The translations under genes and the position numbers were made by a program. Shown here in pieces: positions 10,337-20,083 of a stretch of DNA of 64,000 bases. The DNA is taken from the IMG/VR virus record IMGVR_UViG_2901146262_000001, positions 32,001 through 96,000 of that record; one strand, given 5' to 3'. Numbering within the stretch: the stretch's first letter is position 1; each line of letters begins with the position of its first letter. Source of the DNA: a virus (Duplodnaviria; Caudoviricetes). The notes below the pieces were generated by a model that did no database searches, was not told where the DNA came from, and saw nothing but the letters and a program-made list of their open reading frames with translations.

Positions 10337-10418
10337 TCAAATCATCCTTTAATCATATTTTGAAAGAAAGGGGAGAGGCGTATGTAATTTTACACCTCTA
10401 CATTATAATGTTACTTAA

Positions 10419-11615
10419 TTAATTTTTAAATTTAATTATGTACTCGCATTCCATTCCATAATTCTCGTCAAATACAATAAACTTTTGAGAAGGGGAACCA
10501 CCAAATCTTCCTTGTGTGGCATAATCATCCAATCCAATCAAAGATCCATTTACTAGAGTAGTAGTTTTCCCATACTCTTTCATATAATTATGGTGCACAT
10601 GCCCACCCACAATAAAGTCAGGCACATAGCCCAGTAATTGAGGAAGTCTTGTCACAGCTTTATCGGCTTGATCGAAGTTTCCATGAACAAACACCATTTT
10701 GCTGTCAAAAATATTAGCTTCCACATAGCCATCTTTATCGACGATCATCTCAACATTATCTAAATGACTTAACCTAGCTTCTAGAAACCAAGGTACAAGA
10801 TACTCAAAGTTTTCGCTTAGGCCAACATCCGACTTATTGGGTGATGTACGTGCATGGTTTCCGATAACATTGTAATAAACAATTTTAGGGAAAACACTTG
10901 CTAATTTGTTAATCACTTCAGCTAATCTTTCAGATGCATGCTGGATTTGTCCAACCAAGGTCTCGTTCGCTTGCACTCTAGCCGAAACATGAATCAGCCC
11001 ATTTATTAAATCACCAAGTTGAGCAATGTGCAGCGTAGATATGTTATTTGTTGTGCCATGTCTGATGATTTTGTCAACTAATTCTCTTACTCGTAAGTCG
11101 AATATTTCTTTATTGTATTTATTATGATTGTTATCAACTTCACTCCCAAAATGCCAGTCGCTAAACAATGCTAACCCATGTTTCTCATCATTTACATGTA
11201 TTTTATATTTTTCATGAGGATGAAGAGGCTTAACTTTCTCCAATTCAAAAATAGATTCACGAACGTCTATTTGAATATTTTCGAATCTGGCGGAGTTACG
11301 AAGCATTTTTTGATACTCACGCTTCTGATCCTGCTTACGAATCTTCTCTTTTTCTTGCTCAATCCTAGATTCTTCATATAAGGCTAATCTTTCCTGATCT
11401 AAGCTATTTTGCAATATGTAGTCTTTCCAACGTATATACAATGAGTAGTCTTTTCTCCACTTGCTTTCATCGTAATTAGTTCCCGCAGCTTCATTCAATA
11501 GGTTAGTGATAGTATATTTATCTATGTCATAGTCATCTTTGTTTTCAAACAGTCTAATATGATAGTCGTCTACACTTTCTCCGTCTCGCTTATGCAAAAA
11601 TTCAGGCAAAGTCAT
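10419..11615 (-). CDS. Calcineurin-like metallophosphoesterase (YonJ-like)
   Basis: SDWH, LGDLING, GNH, HG, GHVH motifs. Confidence 0.85.
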   Translation of the reverse strand: MTLPEFLHKRDGESVDDYHIRLFENKDDYDIDKYTITNLLNEAAGTNYDESKWRKDYSLYIRWKDYILQNSLDQERLALYEESRIEQEKEKIRKQDQKREYQKMLRNSARFENIQIDVRESIFELEKVKPLHPHEKYKIHVNDEKHGLALFSDWHFGSEVDNNHNKYNKEIFDLRVRELVDKIIRHGTTNNISTLHIAQLGDLINGLIHVSARVQANETLVGQIQHASERLAEVINKLASVFPKIVYYNVIGNHARTSPNKSDVGLSENFEYLVPWFLEARLSHLDNVEMIVDKDGYVEANIFDSKMVFVHGNFDQADKAVTRLPQLLGYVPDFIVGGHVHHNYMKEYGKTTTLVNGSLIGLDDYATQGRFGGSPSQKFIVFDENYGMECEYIIKFKN

Positions 11616-11619
11616 TCAA

Positions 11620-11826
11620 TCACTCACTTTCCTCTACGTCTTCGATAACGTCTTTTTGAGTAATTGCAATACTAACTTCAACACCGCCAGCACCGATCTT
11701 CTTCAGTGCTTCTGCAATATCGAAAGTTTCACCTTCAGTTGCTTTATTTGTAGAAATTAACTTTCCCAGTTCTGGATCATATAGTCCTTTATTTTTAAAT
11801 TCTTTCGTAATGTTAGTCTTGTACAT
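11620..11826 (-). CDS. YonK-like small protein
   Basis: 68 aa directly upstream of the YonJ-like gene; synteny. Confidence 0.5.
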   Translation of the reverse strand: MYKTNITKEFKNKGLYDPELGKLISTNKATEGETFDIAEALKKIGAGGVEVSIAITQKDVIEDVEESE

Positions 11827-11859
11827 ATTTATTACTCCCTTTTATTCTATTTTTCTAGA

Positions 11860-12525
11860 CTACCAAACTAAATCATCAGCCTTTTGCGCCAATTTTCCCC
11901 TAAAGTTATGAGTCAAAGTACACACTTTGACGTAATCCTCACCTTCAAAGTGCTCTATGTATGGAGTAAATCCACTTTTAGAAGGGTTCTTCAGGTCTAT
12001 TTGTCCGTCATGGCCAATCATTATAACTCGGCACGAGTCATGTATTCTGGTTAATAGCTTCTTTAAGTCACCTTTAGTAAAGTTTTGACTTTCATCAATT
12101 ACAACTACCTTGTTGACAATATTTGTTCCACGTAGGAATACATGGGAATTGGCTTCCACCCATGTGTTTTCATTAATCATGTCATTATTAGTTTCTCTCT
12201 TCAGAGCAAATCTAGAATCTTCGTTAATCGCTGACAATGCATCTAACAGTGGACTAATATACTTAGACTCTTTCTTTTCTACCCCACCATCTGTGTACCC
12301 GAGAGTTCCTTCTTCAACAGGGTTAAATGTATATAATAGTCCATCTAAATCATTTCTTTTATCTGCAATTAGTAACCTTGCTGATGCGATAGCTAGTGTC
12401 GTTTTACCAGTCCCAGCTTTCGCATTGCAAATTGTAAAAAGGTTGTCAAATACACTATCCACATAAACTTCTTGTTCGTCTGTTAACTCTAAGCCAAAAA
12501 ACATATTATCTTTCGGTCTGGGCAT
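11860..12525 (-). CDS. phoH: PhoH-family ATPase
   Basis: AKAGTGKT, FLRG, IDESQN, LLTRI, GHDGQIDL. Confidence 0.92.
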   Translation of the reverse strand: MPRPKDNMFFGLELTDEQEVYVDSVFDNLFTICNAKAGTGKTTLAIASARLLIADKRNDLDGLLYTFNPVEEGTLGYTDGGVEKKESKYISPLLDALSAINEDSRFALKRETNNDMINENTWVEANSHVFLRGTNIVNKVVVIDESQNFTKGDLKKLLTRIHDSCRVIMIGHDGQIDLKNPSKSGFTPYIEHFEGEDYVKVCTLTHNFRGKLAQKADDLVW

Positions 12526-12635
12526 GTATAATAGTCTCCCTAAGTTTATTTAGGTATCAGTGAGTGGAGGGGAAGAGTGCCCCTTACTTCCACTGTAGAC
12601 ACTCTATTTTTTATGTACTGTTATTTTAAAATTAA

Positions 12636-12908
12636 TTATTTTACTGATTCTTTCAATGCTTTACCTGCTTTGAATGCCGGAACTTTAGTTGCCGGAATAT
12701 CAATCTCAGTGCCGTCCTGTGGATTACGTCCCTTACGAGCAGCCCTCTCACGTACATCAAAATTGCCGAAGTTTAAAATCTGAACCTTTTCTCCACTTGC
12801 TAATGATTCTTGAATTGTTTCAAATACAGCATCCACCAATTGAGTTGCATCTTTCTTTGAAAAATCCACCTTACCTGCTACCTCTGTAATTAAATCTGTT
12901 TTGTTCAT
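12636..12908 (-). CDS. hup: HU histone-like DNA-binding protein (YonN-like)
   Basis: MNKTDLI...[19 protein letters not shown]...[14 protein letters not shown]. Confidence 0.97.
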   Translation of the reverse strand: MNKTDLITEVAGKVDFSKKDATQLVDAVFETIQESLASGEKVQILNFGNFDVRERAARKGRNPQDGTEIDIPATKVPAFKAGKALKESVK

Positions 12909-13124
12909 CCTTTTCATTCTCCCTTTTGTTAAATTTTATTTATATTATAATGCTACTTAATCAAAAAAATAGGGAAGAGACTACTAATCCTTTATTTTTG
13001 TAGTTTAACTTTCGCCCTTCCTATAAAGACCATTAACGTTTTTATAAATTGAAACGGGAAAAGCGTTGGCATTACTGGTATTTCAAGGTTTGGTTGAAAA
13101 AATGTCACGCAATATGTACTTAAT

Positions 13125-15647
13125 TTATCCATTTCTTTGTCGTCTTTTCCTCAATTTAGCATCTTCTTTAACCTTTTCACTCTGGCAATCTGAGCATCTA
13201 ACCTGTCTAGAGTTAACGACCCTGAATGACGAATTGCAATCTGTGCAATTTCTTTTGTTTTTAACGTTGGCACCCAATGATTCTGTTAGTACATCACCGA
13301 ATGACTCCCATAAAGTCGTCTTTGCGCTACTTTCTTTTTCTCCATATAAATACTCCACCAATGTGTCGGTAATATATATTGGATTATTATTTATCTTGAG
13401 AAGCTTATCTCGTATAAACTTATAAACATATAGCCTATCATTGCTCTTGCGAACGTCGTCGTCGCTTATAAGCCACTTCTTTCTTCTATCTAAATATGTA
13501 TATCTTTCTATTATTTCACTATCTATTTTTGTTCTTGGATTCCTCATTAGCATCTTATAATCGAATTTACCTGCAACTTTCGTAAAGTAAATACGTTTAT
13601 TTGGTATTATGTAGTTGAGTCTATTTACCGCACTGTCATTAATCTCCTCCACGTTCTTATTGTCTTTATCCTTCGCAAAGATAAAGAAGTGGGGGACTTT
13701 GCTTTTTATGTATGAATTTATCCTGTCATTTACATGCTGCGGTCTAGTTGGCATATATAGCGTTTTTGCATAATCTATAATAAAGTTATTTTCCATGCAA
13801 AGCCATCTGACAACATCTAAATCAACATCCTTACTGTTCCATATCTTAGTTATGTTATTACTTACTTCTCCAATGTTCGCATGGAAAGCTTTTATTAAGC
13901 TGTCATATATTTTAGACTCAGTTATTTCCTCTTTAGGCGCGACAGCCATCTCGTAATACAGTGGGACTATGCCTTTCATATTTCTTTTTGCAACCCTAAC
14001 AAACGTGGGATCATCAACAACCAGAGCTTTGTCCCCATCAACATCAAATTGGAGCATTTTACTTATAGTGTCATGGATGCTGGTATAGATGCCATCCGTA
14101 ATAAACCACTTATCCAAAGTCTTACTTTTAACATTGTTTTTAATGCTATGTTCTCGATACAAGTGAGGGGATCTAAGTACATCAACTTCTCCTTCGTTGT
14201 ATAGCTTGCAATAAACATTGCCGTCGTGCAATAAACCTTTGGGGTTATTGTCTCCCAAAAACAAGTACTCGCAGAACGCATACATGTCTGGGCATATAAA
14301 GGTGTATTTGCCATCAATATTGATTCTGCCAGACTTCCCATTCCTTACAAGACTTCTCTTAACATCTTTAATTGATTGCTTCGCATGAATATCATTCAAT
14401 AATTCTGGATACATCTCCAGCGCTTTTTGAAAATAATTTTTTCTTGGATTACCTTCATTTGCACCTAGTACTCTCAGCATGGTTTCTTTATCTGAACCGA
14501 TCTCAATAATGTCCTCAATAGTGCTTTGTGATATCTCATCCAATTCTTCGTCCGTTATATCAGAGAGTGTCTGTATCATCTGGTAGTTTAACTTGGCTTC
14601 ATTGAAGACGTCTTCTTCTTCATTTAATTTAGCTGCCTGACAGTTATACTTTATAAATTTATCTTTGTAATCATCCCAGCTACTGTAGTACTTCCACATT
14701 TTAAATTGGCTTTTTGTGAATATGATCTGTATATCATCTTTCACTATATCCCATTCTTTTCCGTATATATCAGTAACTTTTGTCGCATCGTTATCTTCAG
14801 AGAATTTATCGAAAGGGAAGGGGACGAGTAATCCTTTAATAAACGGTAGTCTAACCATAAATGACTTATCATTCGATTGGGGCAGTATCATTCCCGCTCC
14901 ATCTGTATGCTCGATTGGTACGTCCATTTTCTTTCTAGCTATTTCATAGCTATCCCTATCTATGTAGTCAACCAAACCCTCTACATTTGTCTCTAAATCA
15001 TCTACAACGATTGTTTTGTCAATGTCAAACCCCTTTATTTCAACTGAAGCACTGTTAGTTAAAGCTATGTATGCAAGATACTTGTTGATATTACTTCCGC
15101 CTTGCTTATTGATATCTTTCACACTCAGCCCGCATGAGATGGTGTTTTTATGCTTATTCCATGAACTTTCTTTTATCCAAACGCCTTTCTTTGTTCGTAT
15201 TTGACCAGCACTTGATGAAAAGTATATGTATTTTTCTCCATTGTACATAAATCCGTTATGTATTAAGTCACGAAGAACTTCAAAATAATAGGCTCTAATC
15301 ACCAGTATTTCTTCGGTTAGGCTATTCGTAAGAACACCGAGCACTCTAGTTAAGGTTGTTTCAAATACTGATATGACGTTTGCCTCTTTAAGTTGATCCC
15401 CGTCCAAGTTCCTCATATCTCCATTATTATTTTTAATAAGTTCGACATTTAACTTCTTTTTCAACTTTCCAATCCTAGACTTGATAAAATGTTTTCTGTT
15501 TGGATTATCGTCCTTTAAAGATTTCAAATAATTAAAGTAACCGTAAGACCTCATCAGTTTTCTATGAATAGATTGCTCTACCTCATTATAGAATGCAGAG
15601 GTATCTAGAGAGTACATGTGTATTTGTTTTTGTAAGTCCATCGCCAA
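13125..15647 (-). CDS. yonO: YonO-type single-subunit DNA-dependent RNA polymerase
   Basis: 840 aa; catalytic QFDVDGD, RSPH, TDGAG and SSAGQIRTKK motifs; upstream of the late operon as in SPbeta. Confidence 0.92.
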   Translation of the reverse strand: MAMDLQKQIHMYSLDTSAFYNEVEQSIHRKLMRSYGYFNYLKSLKDDNPNRKHFIKSRIGKLKKKLNVELIKNNNGDMRNLDGDQLKEANVISVFETTLTRVLGVLTNSLTEEILVIRAYYFEVLRDLIHNGFMYNGEKYIYFSSSAGQIRTKKGVWIKESSWNKHKNTISCGLSVKDINKQGGSNINKYLAYIALTNSASVEIKGFDIDKTIVVDDLETNVEGLVDYIDRDSYEIARKKMDVPIEHTDGAGMILPQSNDKSFMVRLPFIKGLLVPFPFDKFSEDNDATKVTDIYGKEWDIVKDDIQIIFTKSQFKMWKYYSSWDDYKDKFIKYNCQAAKLNEEEDVFNEAKLNYQMIQTLSDITDEELDEISQSTIEDIIEIGSDKETMLRVLGANEGNPRKNYFQKALEMYPELLNDIHAKQSIKDVKRSLVRNGKSGRINIDGKYTFICPDMYAFCEYLFLGDNNPKGLLHDGNVYCKLYNEGEVDVLRSPHLYREHSIKNNVKSKTLDKWFITDGIYTSIHDTISKMLQFDVDGDKALVVDDPTFVRVAKRNMKGIVPLYYEMAVAPKEEITESKIYDSLIKAFHANIGEVSNNITKIWNSKDVDLDVVRWLCMENNFIIDYAKTLYMPTRPQHVNDRINSYIKSKVPHFFIFAKDKDNKNVEEINDSAVNRLNYIIPNKRIYFTKVAGKFDYKMLMRNPRTKIDSEIIERYTYLDRRKKWLISDDDVRKSNDRLYVYKFIRDKLLKINNNPIYITDTLVEYLYGEKESSAKTTLWESFGDVLTESLGANVKNKRNCTDCNSSFRVVNSRQVRCSDCQSEKVKEDAKLRKRRQRNG

Positions 15648-15690
15648 TCAATCATTCCTCCCATTACTATACTATAATAATACCCTATAA

Positions 15691-15828
15691 TTAAAAAATA
15701 AAACGATCATATGTAGTTTCCGTCCCAGGTTCTTCTAGGAGATCGTCAACTCCTTCGCGAAATTTTGACTCTAAAATTAAATCAATATTGTTTAGTCCTG
15801 TTTCCTCATCGATAAATATATTCAACAT
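15691..15828 (-). CDS. 45-aa acidic ORF upstream of yonO (absent from ORF track)
   Basis: RBS AAGGAGGTG; MLNIFIDEETGLNNIDLILESKFREGVDDLLEEPGTETTYDRFIF; downstream of a sigmaA promoter. Confidence 0.6.
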   Translation of the reverse strand: MLNIFIDEETGLNNIDLILESKFREGVDDLLEEPGTETTYDRFIF

Positions 15829-15857
15829 TTCTCACCTCCTTATTTTCGGCATACATA

Positions 15858-15887
15858 TATTATAATGCTACCCAATAAAAATGTCAA
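15858..15887 (-). promoter_or_regulatory. sigmaA promoter of the yonO operon overlapped by the 19-bp operator-like motif
   Basis: TTGACA-N17-TATAAT on minus strand containing ATTGGGTAGCATTATAATA. Confidence 0.75.
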
Positions 15888-16150
15888 GCCCTCTATAAAT
15901 CACAACCTATTGAAAAATGGGGGATAGTTTATCTTCTTATATACAGATCGATTTAAGGCACCTGTAGAGGTAGTTATGCTATATAGATGTGTTCATTCCA
16001 ATCCTATATTAGAACGTTAGCCAGCATATCTAAATCGTCTCTAAAGTATATGTTCAATTGAATGATTAATATATTATAATATTACTTGACTTAATTTAAA
16101 ATGTCTGTATAATAAATATTATAAACGACAATTGAAAGGAATTAATAAAT

Positions 16151-17209
16151 ATGAATAACGTATATGAATTAAATAGAAATGAAGTATATGATGATATTGA
16201 AACATTCCTAGAGGATTTGAAGCATGGTAGTGATAAGACGCATCAGAGGTATAAAGCGAGCATTGAGTTGTTCTTTAACTGGACAGAGGATAACAGATAC
16301 ACCAGTGGAGATGTTTATTTTTTAACACCTATAGATATTACTAATATTGAATATACAACAATGCAGAAGTTCAGGACATTCCTAAAGGATGAGAGAAGGT
16401 ACGCCAATTCATCTACGAACAATACAATGACTGCTATTTATTCTTTATTCACTCATCTGAAGAAGGTTAAGAAAAACAAATACAAGATCCAACCAGATGA
16501 ATTGAGGTTGAAAAGTTTAAGTTTGACTGATGAGAATCATCACGGAGATATTGACTGGGAAGAGTCTGATAAGATGATTGAATATGTTAGTGGACTACCT
16601 AATAAAAAATTACCTAAAGTAAAGGCTGCGTTGATTCATACAGCAAGAATGACAGGTATTAGATTAAACGGTCTGCTGGGTCTTGACTATACAGATCTAC
16701 GCAGAGAAGGTGGAATGTGGGTATTGCACCATGCAATCAAAGGTAAGAAACATGCACAAGCTATCCGAGACGATCTGGCTGAGATGTTATTAGATTTAAG
16801 AAAAGATGAAAATGATAAGAATGAGAAAGTGTTTAAGTTATCCAGTAAGACAGTGGAGAGAATGATGAAGGAGATCAATGAGGCTATTGGTATTGATGAG
16901 AGTAGACAGGTTGTATTTCATAGCATTAGAAGATTATATGGCGGGGAAACATATGCTGCTTCTGGCAATGATATTATGAAGGTTAAGGATTATCTTGGCC
17001 ATAGTTCGATTGATACATCTAGAGGATACGTTGAAAGAAGTCAAAACCTAAAGGATTCCCCCGCTCTATACATTGGGTTAGATATGGATGAGTCAATGGT
17101 AGATCACTTGTCTGCAGATGATTGGAAGAAGTTATTTAAAGAAATGAGTAGAGGGTCACAATATGAAATAATTAACAAGATGAAAGAAATGGGAATGAGT
17201 CATTCTTAA
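16151..17209 (+). CDS. Tyrosine recombinase, catalytically intact
   Basis: R (TGIR), K (IKGK), HxxR (HSIRR), H (LGH), Y (SRGY); N-terminal SAM-like domain; own promoter TTGACT 16086/TATAAT 16108. Confidence 0.92.
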   Translation: MNNVYELNRNEVYDDIETFLEDLKHGSDKTHQRYKASIELFFNWTEDNRYTSGDVYFLTPIDITNIEYTTMQKFRTFLKDERRYANSSTNNTMTAIYSLFTHLKKVKKNKYKIQPDELRLKSLSLTDENHHGDIDWEESDKMIEYVSGLPNKKLPKVKAALIHTARMTGIRLNGLLGLDYTDLRREGGMWVLHHAIKGKKHAQAIRDDLAEMLLDLRKDENDKNEKVFKLSSKTVERMMKEINEAIGIDESRQVVFHSIRRLYGGETYAASGNDIMKVKDYLGHSSIDTSRGYVERSQNLKDSPALYIGLDMDESMVDHLSADDWKKLFKEMSRGSQYEIINKMKEMGMSHS

Positions 17210-17226
17210 TTGAATGGCTTTTCTGT
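17198..17226 (+). terminator. Intrinsic terminator after the recombinase
   Basis: AGTCATTC/GAATGGCT stem followed by T-run. Confidence 0.65.
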
Positions 17227-17278
17227 TTGTGTATTTGACAAATTTATTAGGTGATATTATAATACATTCAAGGGAGTA

Positions 17279-17495
17279 AAAATCCATGAAAATTTTACAC
17301 TTGGGTTTTGCAAAAAAAGATGTTTTTTAAACAATTCCATGATAAAAGTACAACACATAGAGCGTAATATGAGAAATCATATACAGGACGTGGTTTACGG
17401 TGATTTTGCATATAATTAAAAACACAAATCTGTGAAAATTTTTCTTTTTGACCCTCTAATTTTTCAAAAATCCATGCTCAAAGTACAACATATTA
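17279..17495 (+). repeat. Iteron-like repeats, putative replication origin
   Basis: TCCATG-N3-AAAGTACAACA at 17336 and 17471, partial copy at 17283; AT-rich; upstream of a Rep-like gene. Confidence 0.45.
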
Positions 17496-17693
17496 CTTCT
17501 ATATTATTAGATCTATTAATACTATATTATTCTCCGACAGCTTTATAATTGTTCTTTTTCATTTCATTCAAAGAAAATTATACGTGTCGATGTTGAATAA
17601 AACTGCTTGTTGGCATGTGTTGTGGTGTGTTTTACATGAATTATCTTATGTATTGGTTGTTTTGTAATTATAAAATTAAAAAGGGGTGTCTAA

Positions 17694-18407
17694 ATGTTTG
17701 CCTTTTCTAAGAAGCATACTTTGATTAATGGTAATTGGTTTACACAAGGTGAATATTTCTACTTTAAAGATGGTGGGGGTGAAAAATTATTAGCTTTATA
17801 TCTAAATTTGCAAAAGTTTATACGATATGATCAATTTAATTTTAAGTCTGATTTAAATTACGTCACATCTATCAAGCAAATTTATGACTCTATGAACGAA
17901 TATGGAAGGTTGGTCAGCATTGATGATGTATACGTGCTATTAAGTAGATTAGAAGAATTGTCTGTTGTTAAGGTAACGTCACATAAGAATTTCAAGTCTA
18001 AAAATAAGAATAGCCTATATACAAAGGAGTTGCTTATTATAAATGATTTGGATTATATGAAGTGTAGCTTCTATATGTCTGTACCACTAGATATAATCAG
18101 GTATATGCTGGAGAATGGGCTAACTTACAGACATGTTTCCTTATTTTTATTGATGAACAAGTGGACTAATAATCCAGAAGACAAGTGTTTTATTAGTGTA
18201 AATAAATTAGCAGAATGGATAGGTTATAGTAACAAGAGTGTACTTAAGTATTATGCCGATATGAATAAATTAGGAGTGATGGCAAGTTACCTGAAGAAAG
18301 ACAATAAGGGTCATACCAAATATGAACACTTCTTACTTAGAGATATGGACGATATTGACTCGTTTAAGAAGTCTAACTATACAGCTATGAATAAATTTAG
18401 AGAATAG
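17694..18407 (+). CDS. Winged-helix protein, probable replication initiator
   Basis: FISVNKLAEWIGYSNKSVLKYYADMNKLG wHTH typical of phage/plasmid Rep proteins. Confidence 0.55.
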   Translation: MFAFSKKHTLINGNWFTQGEYFYFKDGGGEKLLALYLNLQKFIRYDQFNFKSDLNYVTSIKQIYDSMNEYGRLVSIDDVYVLLSRLEELSVVKVTSHKNFKSKNKNSLYTKELLIINDLDYMKCSFYMSVPLDIIRYMLENGLTYRHVSLFLLMNKWTNNPEDKCFISVNKLAEWIGYSNKSVLKYYADMNKLGVMASYLKKDNKGHTKYEHFLLRDMDDIDSFKKSNYTAMNKFRE

Positions 18408-18465
18408 CTCAAGTGCATCATCTACATAGTTAGGTGTTAGATAAAATATGATATATAAAATTTGT

Positions 18466-18495
18466 AACTCAGATTAATTTCTGGGTTATTTTTTA
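18466..18495 (+). terminator. Intrinsic terminator
   Basis: TAACTCAGA/TCTGGGTTA stem plus T-run. Confidence 0.7.
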
Positions 18496-19730
18496 TGGAT
18501 CGATAGACAGTGTATCGAATGAATGTAGGTGCAGCATGGATTATACTATTAATATGCATCATGTATAGGCTTAAATTGACGTATCGACTACTTTGTCTCG
18601 AACAAACATAGGCTTGGCAAGGGTTATACGGTGATTATACATAGCTTTTTGTTAAAATGAGTAAATATTGGTGTAGTATGATATGAGGAAAACTATTGAT
18701 ACTATTGACTTCATTCGAGACGCTCCCGAGACCGTTTACGAGACAAAATTTGCATAATTTACGTATATATTTATATTTTAATTTATATTATTTTACATTT
18801 AATTTGGCTAATTTATATTGAGCGTGGAAATGGAACAGTTGGCCTTATATATGCGGAATATTCTATATTCATGGACTTTTCAGACCCCCCTCTAATGGGT
18901 GAAACCCTTTGATACCATTGATATTTACTGTCCTACTAATATACGTTATACCGACAGTTTCGCTGATAATCATTGGTGTGACAATGTTTATGATTAATTG
19001 GAAAGTATATACTTTAATGTAATAAATTAACTGACAATAGACTATACCGCTTGTGTGTACCACCTTAAATGTAAAGCAAACTTTACTTTTCGCCTTAGTA
19101 ACACAAAAATATAATTGCAAGTATTATAATATAAAAGGTACTAAATATTAATCACTACCTTGTATTAAACAGTAGTATAGATCCAATATAAAATATAATA
19201 AATATCCATAAAATTGTATAATCATACTAACTCTGTCTCACTCTCTCGCCACTCTGTCCAATAAATATATATAATACAGTCAATATAAATCAATAAGTAA
19301 ATGTAATCATATAATCTCAATCAAACTAAACCTATATTTCAATTGTATTATATATAAAATTAAATAATAAAATAAATATAAAAATAATATTATAATATAT
19401 AAATGTAACCGAACATAGGCAAGCACATCATGAGCAACACATACCCATATCATCATGCAGTCACATCACACACATGCACCATGTATCAATAGGCATAGGC
19501 AATCAATAGTATCAATCATACTCATGCACGTTAAGCCTATGCATGCCACACACTCTACTCTATTACGATCTATCCTATATACTCTAGTCTATCCATTCAA
19601 TCACACATACAATCGTACAATAGGCAGCCAATCAATATATAATATAATTGTATATAATGCACAATCAAATGTATCAAAGTATACACAATCAACAAACTTT
19701 AATTATATACTCAATTAAGTCAATATATAC

Positions 19731-19759
19731 TTGTATAAGTATATGATTCGTGTTATAAT
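19731..19759 (+). promoter_or_regulatory. sigmaA promoter at the head of the early gene array
   Basis: TTGTAT-N17-TATAAT with extended TG. Confidence 0.65.
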
Positions 19760-19767
19760 ATACTTAT

Positions 19768-20065
19768 ACAGAGTTAAGGAAAGGGATTGATTTCCACTGT
19801 CCAAACTCTAATCGAGTATCAGCTTACTAATGAACATTGACAATCTTATACAACTATCCTATCAATAGGAATGCTACTCATGGACAAGAAAAAGATGCAC
19901 GGATCATTGCACGTTATAGCATATGGAAGTATGATAAGCATACGATACATGGATAAGATGCCATGAACCAAGTAACATACCATAGCATGAAACAGTAGCA
20001 ATCACATTGTATTATCATATGAATGCATTATAATCTATATAGTATATTGATATGGAAATACAATA
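19768..20065 (+). ncRNA. Structured leader RNA with boxA-like element
   Basis: Hairpin, TGAACATTGACAA (19831-19843), multibranch domain closed by TGCTACT/AGTAGCA. Confidence 0.45.
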
Positions 20066-20083
20066 AGAAGGGAAGTAATAGCA

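Noticed and set aside
18869-19718. ORFs 18869-19120 (-) and 19455-19718 (+)
   Set aside because: No RBS, low-complexity composition; likely chance ORFs in a non-coding region
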